This document shows positions 8,881 to 19,289 of a stretch of DNA of 20,000 nt, one piece after another. The stretch is taken from the IMG/VR virus record IMGVR_UViG_3300013901_000016, one strand, 5' to 3'. Below the pieces are notes generated by a model, which saw nothing but the letters and a program-made list of their open reading frames with translations, was not told the origin of the DNA and did no database searches. The DNA comes from an uncultured virus (IMG/VR IMGVR_UViG_3300013901_000016). Its lineage: Duplodnaviria > Heunggongvirae > Uroviricota > Caudoviricetes > Crassvirales. The translations under genes and the position numbers were made by a program. How positions within the stretch are numbered: position 1 is the first letter of the stretch; each line of letters starts with the position of its first letter.

Positions 8881-11800
8881 TCAATGCTCTCCTACCACTT
8901 TATTACGGATGGCGGTCTTCGCCTTAAGTTTCTCGCGCTCATATGCAGCATCGTCCTTTTGCTTCTGTAGCTCCATTTCGTGCTTCATCTTATCCTTCTC
9001 GAGCTGTACCTTCTAATCCTCAATCTCACGCTTCTACTTAGCTTCGTAGCGCTTATTATAAGCTTCCTGGTTAACCTTTTGCTGTTCGATAGCTTGTTTA
9101 CCGATCTCAATTGGGTCTGGGATTCCGTTGTTATCCTGATCCATCTCTTCTGTACCACGATAAGCATTAATCTGAGCTACGGCTATCTTAGTCTGGTTAT
9201 CTTGATCAATCTGATATCTCTGAAGATCCATCTGAGCTTCCTGTAACATAAGCTCTTGCTGCTTAGCCTCATTCTGCATCTGCTGTAACTGCTGTTGCTG
9301 TTGAGCCTCTGCCTCCTGCTGCTGTTGTTGCATCTGCTCCTGTCTGGTCTACATATCCTTAAGCTTCTGCTTAATGATATTAAAGTTATCGTTTGTAAGA
9401 ATCTCGGCTGCCTCAAGTAAACTAGCACCATTCTGCATTGCAGGTTGTATAAGCTGTTGGAGCTTCTGTATGTTCTCAAGATCTTTAGAAGTATCGCTTA
9501 CAAATACATCCATATCTTCATAGTAGAACTTAGGTGTAATATCAAGGAACGCTCTCTCTCCATTATCGAAAATGTATTGAAGCTTTTGTTTACCGGTGTC
9601 TTCCCAAGCTCCCTTAGCTGTATTAAGCAGCATATTAAGTACTCTACGCTTACACTAATTATGTACCCAGAATAAAGGTTCTGTAATATGAGAACTCTGT
9701 ACTACTGATCTCTCTACATTGCCTACCATCTCAGATGAGCTTACAGCACCTTCGCGTTGCTGAGTAATACCAGAAATTGTACCAGCGAGCTCTTCTATCT
9801 TATCCATAAGCTGAATATACTCAGCAATCACATTGGACATTGTAAGATCCAACGCTGTAATCTGGTTAAACTGAGCAGGCTTACCGCCCTCTCTTCCAGG
9901 AATACAGTTATGAACTATTGTCATATCAGAGAGTAAGAATTCATGCTTTGAATCATCAATAGCAAATCCATAATATTCTCCTCTACCGGCATATTCTATT
10001 TTGAAATGCGAATAGTTCTTATTGTATACTCTACCCTATGTAAAATGAAATTTCTTTCTTTCTATTTTTGTAGGTATATCATAGTTTCCGTCAAATATTC
10101 TAGCTTTATAGAAAGGTTCAGAAATAGTTATGGTTTTATTTTTATATATCTTCCTAACAACTGATTTTTTTCTCTTTACAGATACTCTATATCCTAATTT
10201 CCTCGCTAAGTCAACGAATAAATCAAATATATCTTTATGTGATTCACATTGTGTAAACTCTACATATCCTTTATGATTTCCGTTTCCTTTAAACACGCTT
10301 CCATCAGTATCTATTAATCCTGCTAAGAAGTTTAAAGCATCATCAATATTATCTATATGTAAACCGCTCACTTCTTTGTTATCATATACGCCGAAATACC
10401 TAAGATCTTCTATAAACGGATTCAAGAAAACCTATCCTTTCTTTTTGTTGTTAGCAGAACTAAGTCTAATTGTTATTGATCTACTACCATCCCTATGTCT
10501 ATAAGAACATCTTAATCCGTGTGTGCAAGCATAATCTTCAAGATATTGTATTATTTCTGGATCCATAGATTCGAGCTCAGGTGTATTCTTTGTGCCGTCT
10601 CCAAGCCAAAGCCCAAGCAGATACATATCTCTTCCACCAAATTTACTAGGTTCCTTAGGATCGAAGAAATTATCCTCTCTTTCAAGGAAGCATCTCTGTG
10701 CGTAATACTTGTTTTGCTTAAATTTAAGCATAAGGTCTTTAGCTTTATCTACTCTTACTTCAGAATCAGAGTGTCCATTTATTCTATATCTGTATCTGAC
10801 TAAGTGATCGGCTGTAACTTTCTGTATATCGGATCCTATAGATGGTATTATATTATACATCTCATCTTCTCCGTGGAAAAGATTTGTAACCTAAGTCAAA
10901 TGATGTCCAGGAGTATATACAAACTATCCTAACTTAATATCCTTCATCTTAGTATTACCACCAGGTGTGGCTACAAGAGTTTCTGGATCAAAACACCAAC
11001 CCTCCTCATATGGATTAATGAAGTTAACACCTACACTTGATAAATAGTGCATCCACTTAGCTGGACTAATACTCATAGACTTAGGTATCTGAGTAATATC
11101 CATATTAATAACCTTACCTTTATCTCTAGCGATAGCTAACTCAAGTCTATACCACAGTACGATATACATATATTGTAAAGGTTTGAGAATACTTACAAGA
11201 GATCTAGGCTTACTATTAGTGTTACTATATATAGCGCCACAGTATGGAAGTTTCTAGCTATTAGGACTGTCTATACTTACGTGCTGATATTCGATAGGCT
11301 GTATGCCAAAGTATAGATCACTACCAGCTCTATATCCTTCCCATACTTCTACAATCCAGTCTGGTTCTACACTAATTTCTGTACCTACAGGCTGATATGT
11401 TTCGTCAACAATGTTAATCTAAGGCTGCCCAGTTTCATCAGCCGTAGTAACGTAATAGATCTTCTTAAAAGATTTCCAACAACAATGCCAAACGTTTACC
11501 AAAGACTTACCAGCGCCTTCAAATATAGGATTATCATATATTCGTAATTGAATACCCATGTCAACAGGGCTTCTGTCTCCAAGGTTTCTACCAGGAGTAG
11601 AACCAATTAACTCTTCAAGTTTGTCAAGGTCTTTCTCCTCAAGCTTATCAAAGTATCTGTCATATACTTCAGTGATTGGCATTCTCATCTTTCTGCAGCA
11701 CCATGAACCATCCTCAATAAACTCCAAGTCTGGGCTCTTGTCGTAAGAGAAATATATAGGATTAACTCTTTCGACATATGGCTCTGCATTAAGTACGCCA

Positions 11801-12441
11801 ACATAGTAAATTTCTCTACCTGAGATCAATCCGTCTTTCCAGCCCTTGATGAACTCATTATCAAGATCAAGTTTCTCTCTAAGGTATGTAAGAGTATGAT
11901 ACGCTGTATTTTCAATAATATCTTTGTAATCCTTATCCATGTACTTAGCTATGGCCTCTGGTGGCATAACCTCACCAGACTATAACTATTCTTGGAACTA
12001 CTGAGCCTCTTCTGGGCTCATTCTAGCTGTGATAGCTGCTTCAATATATTGTAGAATCATCTACTTTTCTTTCTCCTGCATTTCAGATGTAGCCTCCTGA
12101 GAAGTTCTAATAACTCTAAAGTTAAGAGGTCTCTTTGTCTCCTCGCCTATAAGCAAATCTACTTTAGGCCTAATAATATTAAAGTCGTGAGGAGTAGCAG
12201 GAAAACCATCCTCGACCTTGAATGGGTTTGTAATTGATTTAAAATCCTTCTCGTCGAAGATGCTGTTATATAAATTATAATAGGTCTACAGCTCTCCGTA
12301 GTATGATGTGCTGTTTCCTCCAGACGTTACGTTACCTTCACCTATAATATAGTTAACGCAATCCTATTGCCATTTCTTTCCTTTCTATGAAAGTGGCAAC
12401 TTTTGTCTAGGGAAAGCTGAATTGTATAAATTATCTTCCAT
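8881..12441 (-). CDS. Portal protein precursor, 1186 aa including a 363-aa intein (mature about 823 aa); TAG=Gln
   Basis: MEDNLYNSAFPRQKLP...FNIIRPKVDLLIGEETKRP...YRLELAIARDKGK...ISGITQQREG...VGNVERSVVQSSHITEPLF; one frame across six track ORFs; directly follows the terminase; ends at TGA. Confidence 0.9.
9907..10995 (-). mobile_element. Intein with LAGLIDADG homing endonuclease in the portal, 363 aa
   Basis: Block A CFDPETLVAT, block B VTADHLV, block C LLGLWLGDG, block E FLAGLIDTDG, blocks F/G YYGFAID...FLLSDMTIVHN followed by +1 Cys; extein context EEGW/CIPGREGG. Confidence 0.93.
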
Positions 12442-12444
12442 GTA

Positions 12445-15400
12445 TTAAAATGTGAATATCGGTATACCGTCTCCACTTGTGCTGTTATCTTCCTCAAACC
12501 ATTGTTTACTAAATAACGGCATCTCGAAGAGTTCAACCTATTTATTTTGTTCTTTAGCAGACTAAACCTTAAGCTAATATAATTCTTCTCTATATATCAT
12601 AACCATACATAGAGCAATTAAGCGGTCAACGTTCTTTACTCCATCATTGGCTATAAGTTCTTCTATTAAGGCTTCGCTGTATACTCTTTCTACATTAGGG
12701 TGACCTGGTTCATATTCATCCAGTAGCCACTCTAATATTAACCCTTCGCCATACGCTCTGATCTACTTAGTCATATGGCATCCTTTTCTTCTCTACACCT
12801 TACTATCTTTAAATACCTCAGATATAATCTTATCCGGCTAATCAGCCAAGAGGTAATCGCAGTGTTTATTCGTAAAGTAAGGGTAGATGCCTTTTCTTTC
12901 ATTCTCAAATAGTAATCTAGCATTATAGAAAGTAAGTAATTTGCGTACATTCTCATAGTATTCTTCTGCCGTATCAGGGCGTCCAGAATACTCTGCTACT
13001 ATTACGTCATTCCAAGCTTCTCCTGCTCGCACTCGTTTAAATATAAACGTAGAACCTAATGAGTTTGTAAACGAATCATCGTGATCGTATGGATCGCATC
13101 CTCCGATATATAAACCCAAAGGAGGGTCTTTAACAGGATACTCCCAAATTACAACAGAACCATGCGGCTTATCACCTTTCTTTAAAGGGTAATTAGTTAT
13201 ATCTCCGCTAGGCTTTTCTATAGCTTTCACTTGACCATTTCCGTCCCATTCTAGATCAACTATGTGTTTCATACTTTGAAGCTTTTTGTTCGTTCGTATG
13301 CGAGTCAATTGATCCATTAAAAGCTTTCTAGGGAATATGTTTTTACCAAGCTCCAATACTGCTTCTGCTGGCCTAATAGGACGCTCTGATATAAATCGAT
13401 CTATAGACTACTGGCTTGCACCTCCTTCTTTAACCTTATTACGTTGTTCAAGAAGGTTCTCGATAGCCTTCTCTTTGTAGCTATTACCGTCGCTATCCAT
13501 ATATAACTGCTTACCATCATCTCCAAATGATTCTAGGTTTGAGTAAGCTGGCACAAAGAATCCACATTCTGTATTCTCTCTACCCTCGTCCCACTTATTT
13601 GGGAAGCTAAGTACATTATAAGCTTTTGGCTTATAAAATAATTCCTTCAAGCCATCGAAAGACGCTCCTTCTGTACCACCTGTGTTGTGCGTTACAATGC
13701 CATTACATATATAATTATGCTATTCTTTTGCTGTAAGATTATAAATATCCTGCATGCCGATGTCTTCAATTTTAACGATTCTTTCAGCATGTACACCAAG
13801 AACATACTTATGATATTTAGTTAACCAATCTTGGGTATATAAATTCATTAAATCCAAAGCTGACTGTTTGTAACCAACAAAACATGTTATGTATTTTGCA
13901 AAGTTGCCAACACTATTAATATCAGCAATTGTTAGCCTCCAATGCCCAGCTCTATCTTTAATAATCTTTCCATCGCATTCATGCTCCCTAAATTTTGTTT
14001 TTATAAATTTAATGTTGCAGTGAATTCCAAAATGGAGTAATACAGACTCTACTTCTCTAAGAATTTCTTCCTAACATTGAGTAAGAGTTATTCTTGGTCT
14101 TCCTGTTTTATCTACACTAATATACCCATCAGTATCAAATAGCCCACCAATTAATTCAGATAAAGATTCGGCGTCATACTAATGAATGTTTATAGGTAAT
14201 CTTTTTGCCGCCTTTGTCTAACCATATATTCCTAGTTCTCTAAGATTTTTACAAATGCCTTTTATCCTGGTTTCTTTATATATCTTACCATCTTTAGTTT
14301 CTCTTTGAGGTTTGTCTGGAGCAGTATCAAAATGCGTTTCAATATAATCATTAATCTCAAAATCACAGTTTGATAATCTTGGCGTTTTATCAAAACCATA
14401 GCTACCATCGCCTATAAGCCATCCAACAACTCTAGGTTCCCACATTTTCTTTGTACCAAAGAAAGGAATACTATCTATTACTCCAACCTATTCTCCTATC
14501 TTGCATTTTCCAGCATCATGGAATAACCAAGCTTTCATAACTTCGTTTTCTTTTCTTTTTCCTGGAATTCTTTTTGTTTTTCCCGGAGTAGACCAAAGTA
14601 ATGGATGATCCGTACTGCACTCTAATATTCTGCCAGTGTTTGTCGTTATTCTAACACAAGGCTTCTACGCTGGTGGATTAATGTTATCAATATGCTATTG
14701 CACGGCTTGATATGTATCCCAACCAAGTATTCCTTGTTCTTTTTTGATATCTTCTATATTAACACAATCACCAGTAGATGTCCAAACTTTTGTACCTTTA
14801 CAAACACAGCCAAAAGCTATCATTGTTCCGAATGCTACACCATCGTCGGTTTCTACAGATGGCTACTCAATACGCCACGCATCAAGAAGACTAGGGAATT
14901 TACCGCCTTCCTCCCATAGTACAAGCTTTCCACGAGTACCACGGATGCGTTCTGGGTCATTCTTAAGTGTAATACCAACTATACTAGAAAGATATCCTTG
15001 CTCTGTTTGCTTACCAAATTCATCAGTTATCTTGTAGCCAGATACTCTTTCCATACGGGTTGATACAAGCCTCTATTTAGCCCACGCTGTGTGTTTATCA
15101 AGAAAGTCCATTATTTGCCAAGCTTTAGTAAGCAAGCCGTCACCAATTAGAAACTTCTATTCCGAAGCCACAGCGAAGTTCTTTGAACCTGGAATAAGCA
15201 TGTAATTTCTCACAAGCATTGATGCTCCCTTAAAACTATACCCGCGCTATCTGCACTTGAGAACAGCCATGTGCTTTCCTTCTACTTCTGCTTGTTCTAT
15301 AGCGCAGAAATAATAGTAGTCATAATCCCAGAAACTAGGGAACTTAAGAATACGCTCTCTTCGTTTTCTAAGATTACCTTCTCTATCAGTATATTCTGTT

Positions 15401-15633
15401 TCTTTAAGAGCCATAATAGGACTATAATTGAGATAGAAATAATTAAAGCCAGTTATGCCTTCTCCGTCTGGAGCAGTGTAACCATTAAGGCATCTATCTG
15501 TTTCTTGCTCCCAATATTTGTTATAATCAGTAGTACCCATGGGAGCTAGGGTATAACATCCATGTTCCTCAAAGAAGATAGCAGCCTATCTAAACTTGTC
15601 AGTATTGTGGAGTTTCTAATTAAAATCTACCAT
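12445..15633 (-). CDS. terL: Terminase large subunit precursor, 1062 aa including a 375-aa intein (mature about 687 aa); TAG=Gln
   Basis: Walker A-type KCRQ(TAG)RGYS, Walker B LVLWEEGG, coupling motif AFG/TGG restored after intein removal, RNase H-like nuclease YIGGCDPY, FENE and NVDRLIAL; TAA at 12447-12445. Confidence 0.93.
13684..14808 (-). mobile_element. Intein with LAGLIDADG homing endonuclease in TerL, 375 aa
   Basis: Block A CVCKGTKVWT, block B LECSTDHPL, block C VVGWLIGDG, block E LIGGLFDTDG, blocks F/G IYNLTAKEQHNYICNGIVTHN followed by +1 Thr; inserted at MIAFG/TGGTEG. Confidence 0.94.
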
Positions 15634-15638
15634 AATAG

Positions 15639-16148
15639 TTATTCGTACATACCAATAACGCCGCCACCTTTAACTCTACCAGCTTCAGCTTGTTCTGCCT
15701 TCGCCTGTTTTGAAGCAAGATCCAAAGACTTAATAATACCGCTAACATCTTTTAGTATTGCGGAAAGCTTCTTAGCAGTATCTATATCAAGTTCTTCTTC
15801 AGCGTACATATCCATTGTATTCATTATTCCCTCTGCTGCGCTCTTAGAAGATTTAAGCAATCTGGTAGCAGGAGTCTCTTGAAACTCCTGAAACCTCTTT
15901 GCTAATTCTTTTACAGTGTCATCAGGTATATAATTCTCATCATTAAGCACATCTTTAGCCACTCTCCATGTTCTCTCTTTTTCTGGATAAGCTTCATAAG
16001 GGCTATTCCATTTATAACGCCATACAACAAATTCTATCTTCTTAAGAGCATCTTGTTTATTTTTGGCATTATTATAATAATTCTTAAATGGAGGAATGGC
16101 TAGATCTTCTGTACTTAATTGTATTTTATTCTATACTATGTCAAACAT
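15639..16148 (-). CDS. Conserved protein upstream of TerL, 169 aa (candidate terminase small subunit); TAG=Gln
   Basis: ATG 16148-16146 overlaps the upstream TAA (TAATG); one TAG at codon 6; MFDIVQNKIQL...WNSPY...ETPATRLLKS...RVKGGGVIGMYE. The TerS call rests on size, helical character and position only. Confidence 0.65.
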
Positions 16149-18928
16149 TATAACGATATTGTTGTTATTTCTGGACAGAATTTAGAAGTGTCACTTACAT
16201 CTATTTTATCTATCCATGTTGATATTTTCATCGTCTAGTTTACAGATTCGGAAGATGCTGGTTTTAGTATATATATACCATCACTCGTGCTATCATCGTA
16301 CGTTATATTATTATTATCAACATTGTAATATTGTGCCTAAGCAGCACTAATAGAAGAACTTATATAGAACAAATTTGTAACGCTAGACTTATCTACCTAC
16401 TATATCGAACACCATTGTTTATTGCTAGTATTTACATTAATCTTTCCTGGATTAGTTACTGTAGGTATTGAACTAACAGAACATTTACCGCTTATAGATA
16501 CTATTCCATTGTCAGTTTTAACACCATTATTAAATGTAGCTTTTTTGTAAACCTCTACACCAATTGCGTCATTATATGCTAGGAATATCTGCGAACCAAT
16601 GTATTGTAAACATGTACTTCTAGATATTTTTCTATAATATGTGCCTGTTACCTTATTTGCCATTGTGCCATTAGTATAATATATATTATCTTTAACGCTA
16701 AATGAGTCAACTGCTTTAAATGATATATTTGTACTAGTTTCTGTTTTACTATACCATTGCTCAACATTATCAGCGCCAGCACTATTTATCCAATCTGGTT
16801 TTCCATTAGTTATGCCAAGCTTATACTCTACACCACCAACAATAAAGTATATTGTACCGTCTTTTAATACAATATTACCATCGTCTCCTCTACATGTTAA
16901 AACACCTTTATCTGTAACAGTAAATGGAGCCTCAGCTATATTGCTAGCATCTTTATCATTTGTTCCAGCCCATATTCTAACGTTGCCTTGCGATGATACC
17001 TTATCTGATTTACCAGAAGTCATACCAGCTACAATATTTTCATTGTCTGTAATGATAACTTCTTCTGCTGTAAGTTCTTGTATGTACGCCTTCATTGCCA
17101 CTAATACTTCTGTATATATAGGGCCCATATCGCTAAGCTTATCCCAGTAATCTGTATTTGTAGGAACTACGTTAGAACATTGTTTTTTACATACAAAAAA
17201 ATCTGTTACATTTTTAGACTATCCATCTGCTACAACTGTATGTGTATAAGATACAAAATCCTGATAGAACAATCCACCATCTGATTGCGTTGTGCCATCA
17301 AAATACTAAACATTTGAAGCCCAAGATCCTCTATTTCTTAATGGAGAACCTTTTAGTGTTTGAGATGAACTGTTTCCATCTTTCGCCATATATGTCCACA
17401 AGCTAGGTTGGCTATAAGAGCTCCACTTCCCATCGTTATCTTCAGCGCTTCCAGAAGATCCCCTATATCTCCTTATACTTACATATTGACTTGACCCCTA
17501 TCCGTATCCAGAAGCTGTTTTTATATCTATTGGATTATCAGTCCATCTTGATCCAGATTTAATGTACTCTCCAGCTTTCCCGTTTTGAAAACCAGAATCA
17601 TTAGTCCATGTCGTAGGGTCATTCGTTCCAGTAAATACAGATGTGGTTTCTCCAGGTTTTAATGCACAGAATATATATTGTACGCCATCGCCATCAGTAC
17701 CATCTTTTCCCCAATGCGCCCAAATTACAGGGCCTTTCGCAGGAAGCCAATCACTTATAACTCCATTATTGTCTTGTGTTCTATACATCATCCATTCTGT
17801 ACGATGTGTAGAATCTATACCTGTAGGGTTATCTGTCCATCCTGATGGAACATCACCCCATGCTGGTTTTGTAGTTGGTTTTGTAGGCTGGTTGTCATTT
17901 AATTGATAAATGTATTCTTTTCCTGTAACATCAGATCCGTTATCGCCATCTTTTCCGGAAATACAAACTGGACCTATAATGTCTCCAAAGCCACCACCTG
18001 TCTTGATGTATACCCAAATCTCCCAAGTAAAATATCCTTGTTCTGGGTTAACGTTTACGGCATTCCATCCAGCATTTACGGGATCTTGCCCAATTACTGG
18101 TAATTGAGATGTAGGTAAATTATTGTCGTCTGGATAGTTTTTAAAATAAGGCTTATAATATCCACCACTTTGTGAGTCTGCTCCGCTTCCACCAGAAAGT
18201 TCTACTGTAGCATTTTCTGAAGCTGGATTCCATGTTGTAACAGTTCTACCACCTCTTGTGAATGTTATACTACCAACTGCTGATGTTTTTAAATAATCCT
18301 ATAGCTTTCTATCAAGGTTATCGCTAGTTATAGCTCCCCCAGATACATCCGATAGTTTTACCTATGTCGATATACCGTTATTTTGAGTAAGGTTAAGATA
18401 ATCGTTAGCTAAGCTAAATTCTGTTATCTTGTAATTATCTACATTTGCTCCAGCAATTTTGTTATCAATCTCGTCTTTCGTGTAATACTTTGTAGAATCA
18501 AATCTTTGATAGTTTGAAGAATTTACAAAGTTATTTGTTACCCATGTTTTTGTAGCAGCATCATCACTTATATTAAGCGCCTATATCTATGCATCTACAT
18601 AAACCTTTGTAGCATAGTCAGATAAATTAATGTCTTTACTATTATCTATCATAGTCTCGACTTCCTTAATTATATCTGGCTTAACTTTATCTAAAGACTA
18701 CTTTAAACTATCAGCATATTCTTTAACAGATTCTAAATCAGACTAATTGGCTTTACTATTCCAGTTCTTTTTATCATCTGATGTAACATGTACATCTGTG
18801 TTGTTTGCATGATTATAAATCTTTGAATGCAATACGGAATAATACTAAGCCATTGTTGTATTAAGTTCTTCGATTGGATTTGGTTTCTTCTCGATAACCT
18901 AATCATTCTATGATAGTAATTCAGTCAT
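16148..18928 (-). CDS. Tail fibre/receptor-binding-like structural protein, 926 aa; TAG=Gln
   Basis: One frame from ATG 18928 to TAA 16150-16148 containing track ORFs 17498..17791 and 16400..17128. HANNTDVHVTSDDKKNWNSKA, LSDYATKVYVD and YYTKDEID fibre-type motifs; short collagen-like GKDGxxG linkers; WTDNP repeats; IWAG...APFTVTDKG motif. Confidence 0.72.
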
Positions 18929-18959
18929 GTTAATTCGTTTAAATTATTGTTAATTATAG

Positions 18960-19001
18960 TACTGTGGTGTCATCGAAGACTACGCCTAAAACGCCACAGT
19001 T
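18960..19001 (-). other. Intergenic structured RNA, tRNA-like mini fold
   Basis: ACTGTGG-CGTTTTAGGCG-TAGTC-TTCGAT-GACA-CCACAGT-A: perfect 7-bp closing stem, small hairpin and short TTCGAT-loop arm; begins within the TAA of the 30-aa ORF. Confidence 0.5.
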
Positions 19002-19092
19002 AAAAGTTATTTAAATTCTGCCTAGCCAATGTAGCTAGCAAAGCGTCGTTATTGTCGTGACCTGTACAATAAACTTTCTCTATTGTATCCAT
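19000..19092 (-). CDS. Small ORF, 30 aa (MDTIEKVYCTGHDNNDALLATLARQNLNNF), possibly a truncated remnant
   Basis: ATG with a Bacteroidota-type A-rich leader (TTAAAAACTTACAATT-ATG), TAA stop, same strand as all other genes, flanked by hairpins. Confidence 0.55.
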   Translation of the reverse strand: MDTIEKVYCTGHDNNDALLATLARQNLNNF

Positions 19093-19111
19093 AATTGTAA
19101 GTTTTTAAGTA

Positions 19112-19149
19112 AAACAATATAGGACTAGGACTGGATTGATCTTAGTCCC
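19112..19149 (-). terminator. Possible intrinsic terminator or stem-loop
   Basis: GGACTAAGA-TCAATCCAG-TCCTAGTCC followed by TATATTGTTTT on the minus strand; the stem has one A-C mismatch on this strand and the U-tract is imperfect. Confidence 0.4.
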
Positions 19150-19202
19150 GTTAATTTAATAAGTGTATTACTACACGAGCTCTAATATATTCCACTTAGA
19201 GG

Positions 19203-19253
19203 GTTGTGCTAGGCGGGGTAGCGAACCCCGTCACGCTTTCATTAAGACCTAGC
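19203..19253 (-). other. tRNA-like element (acceptor-like stem plus T-arm, no anticodon arm)
   Basis: GCTAGG-TCTTAATGAAAGCGTGA-CGGGG-TTCGCTA-CCCCG-CCTAGC-ACAAC: a 5-bp stem with a 7-nt TTCG loop stacked directly on a 6-bp closing stem. Confidence 0.62.
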
Positions 19254-19289
19254 TAAATAAATTTCAACAACTATAACAACTAAATAAAA

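Noticed and set aside
9255..9352. CTG/TTG trinucleotide-like repeats (also 5325-5390 and 232-264) as a repeat array or CRISPR
   Set aside because: They encode Gln-rich helical protein segments and show no repeat-spacer organisation.
16148..16500. Diversity-generating retroelement variable region at the fibre C-terminus
   Set aside because: No template repeat, reverse transcriptase or adenine-specific near-duplicate is visible in this window.
220..18107. All plus-strand ORFs in the track (e.g. 2994..3860, 5328..5714, 16812..17150) and alternative-frame minus-strand ORFs (e.g. 1874..2095, 9183..9479, 12771..12956)
   Set aside because: They are shadows of well-supported minus-strand genes and have no recognisable motifs.
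18960..19253. Suppressor tRNA (CUA anticodon) or other full tRNA gene
   Set aside because: The elements are only about 40-50 nt, with no D-arm/anticodon-arm cloverleaf and no CCA; reported as tRNA-like structures instead. The same applies to 6207-6242.
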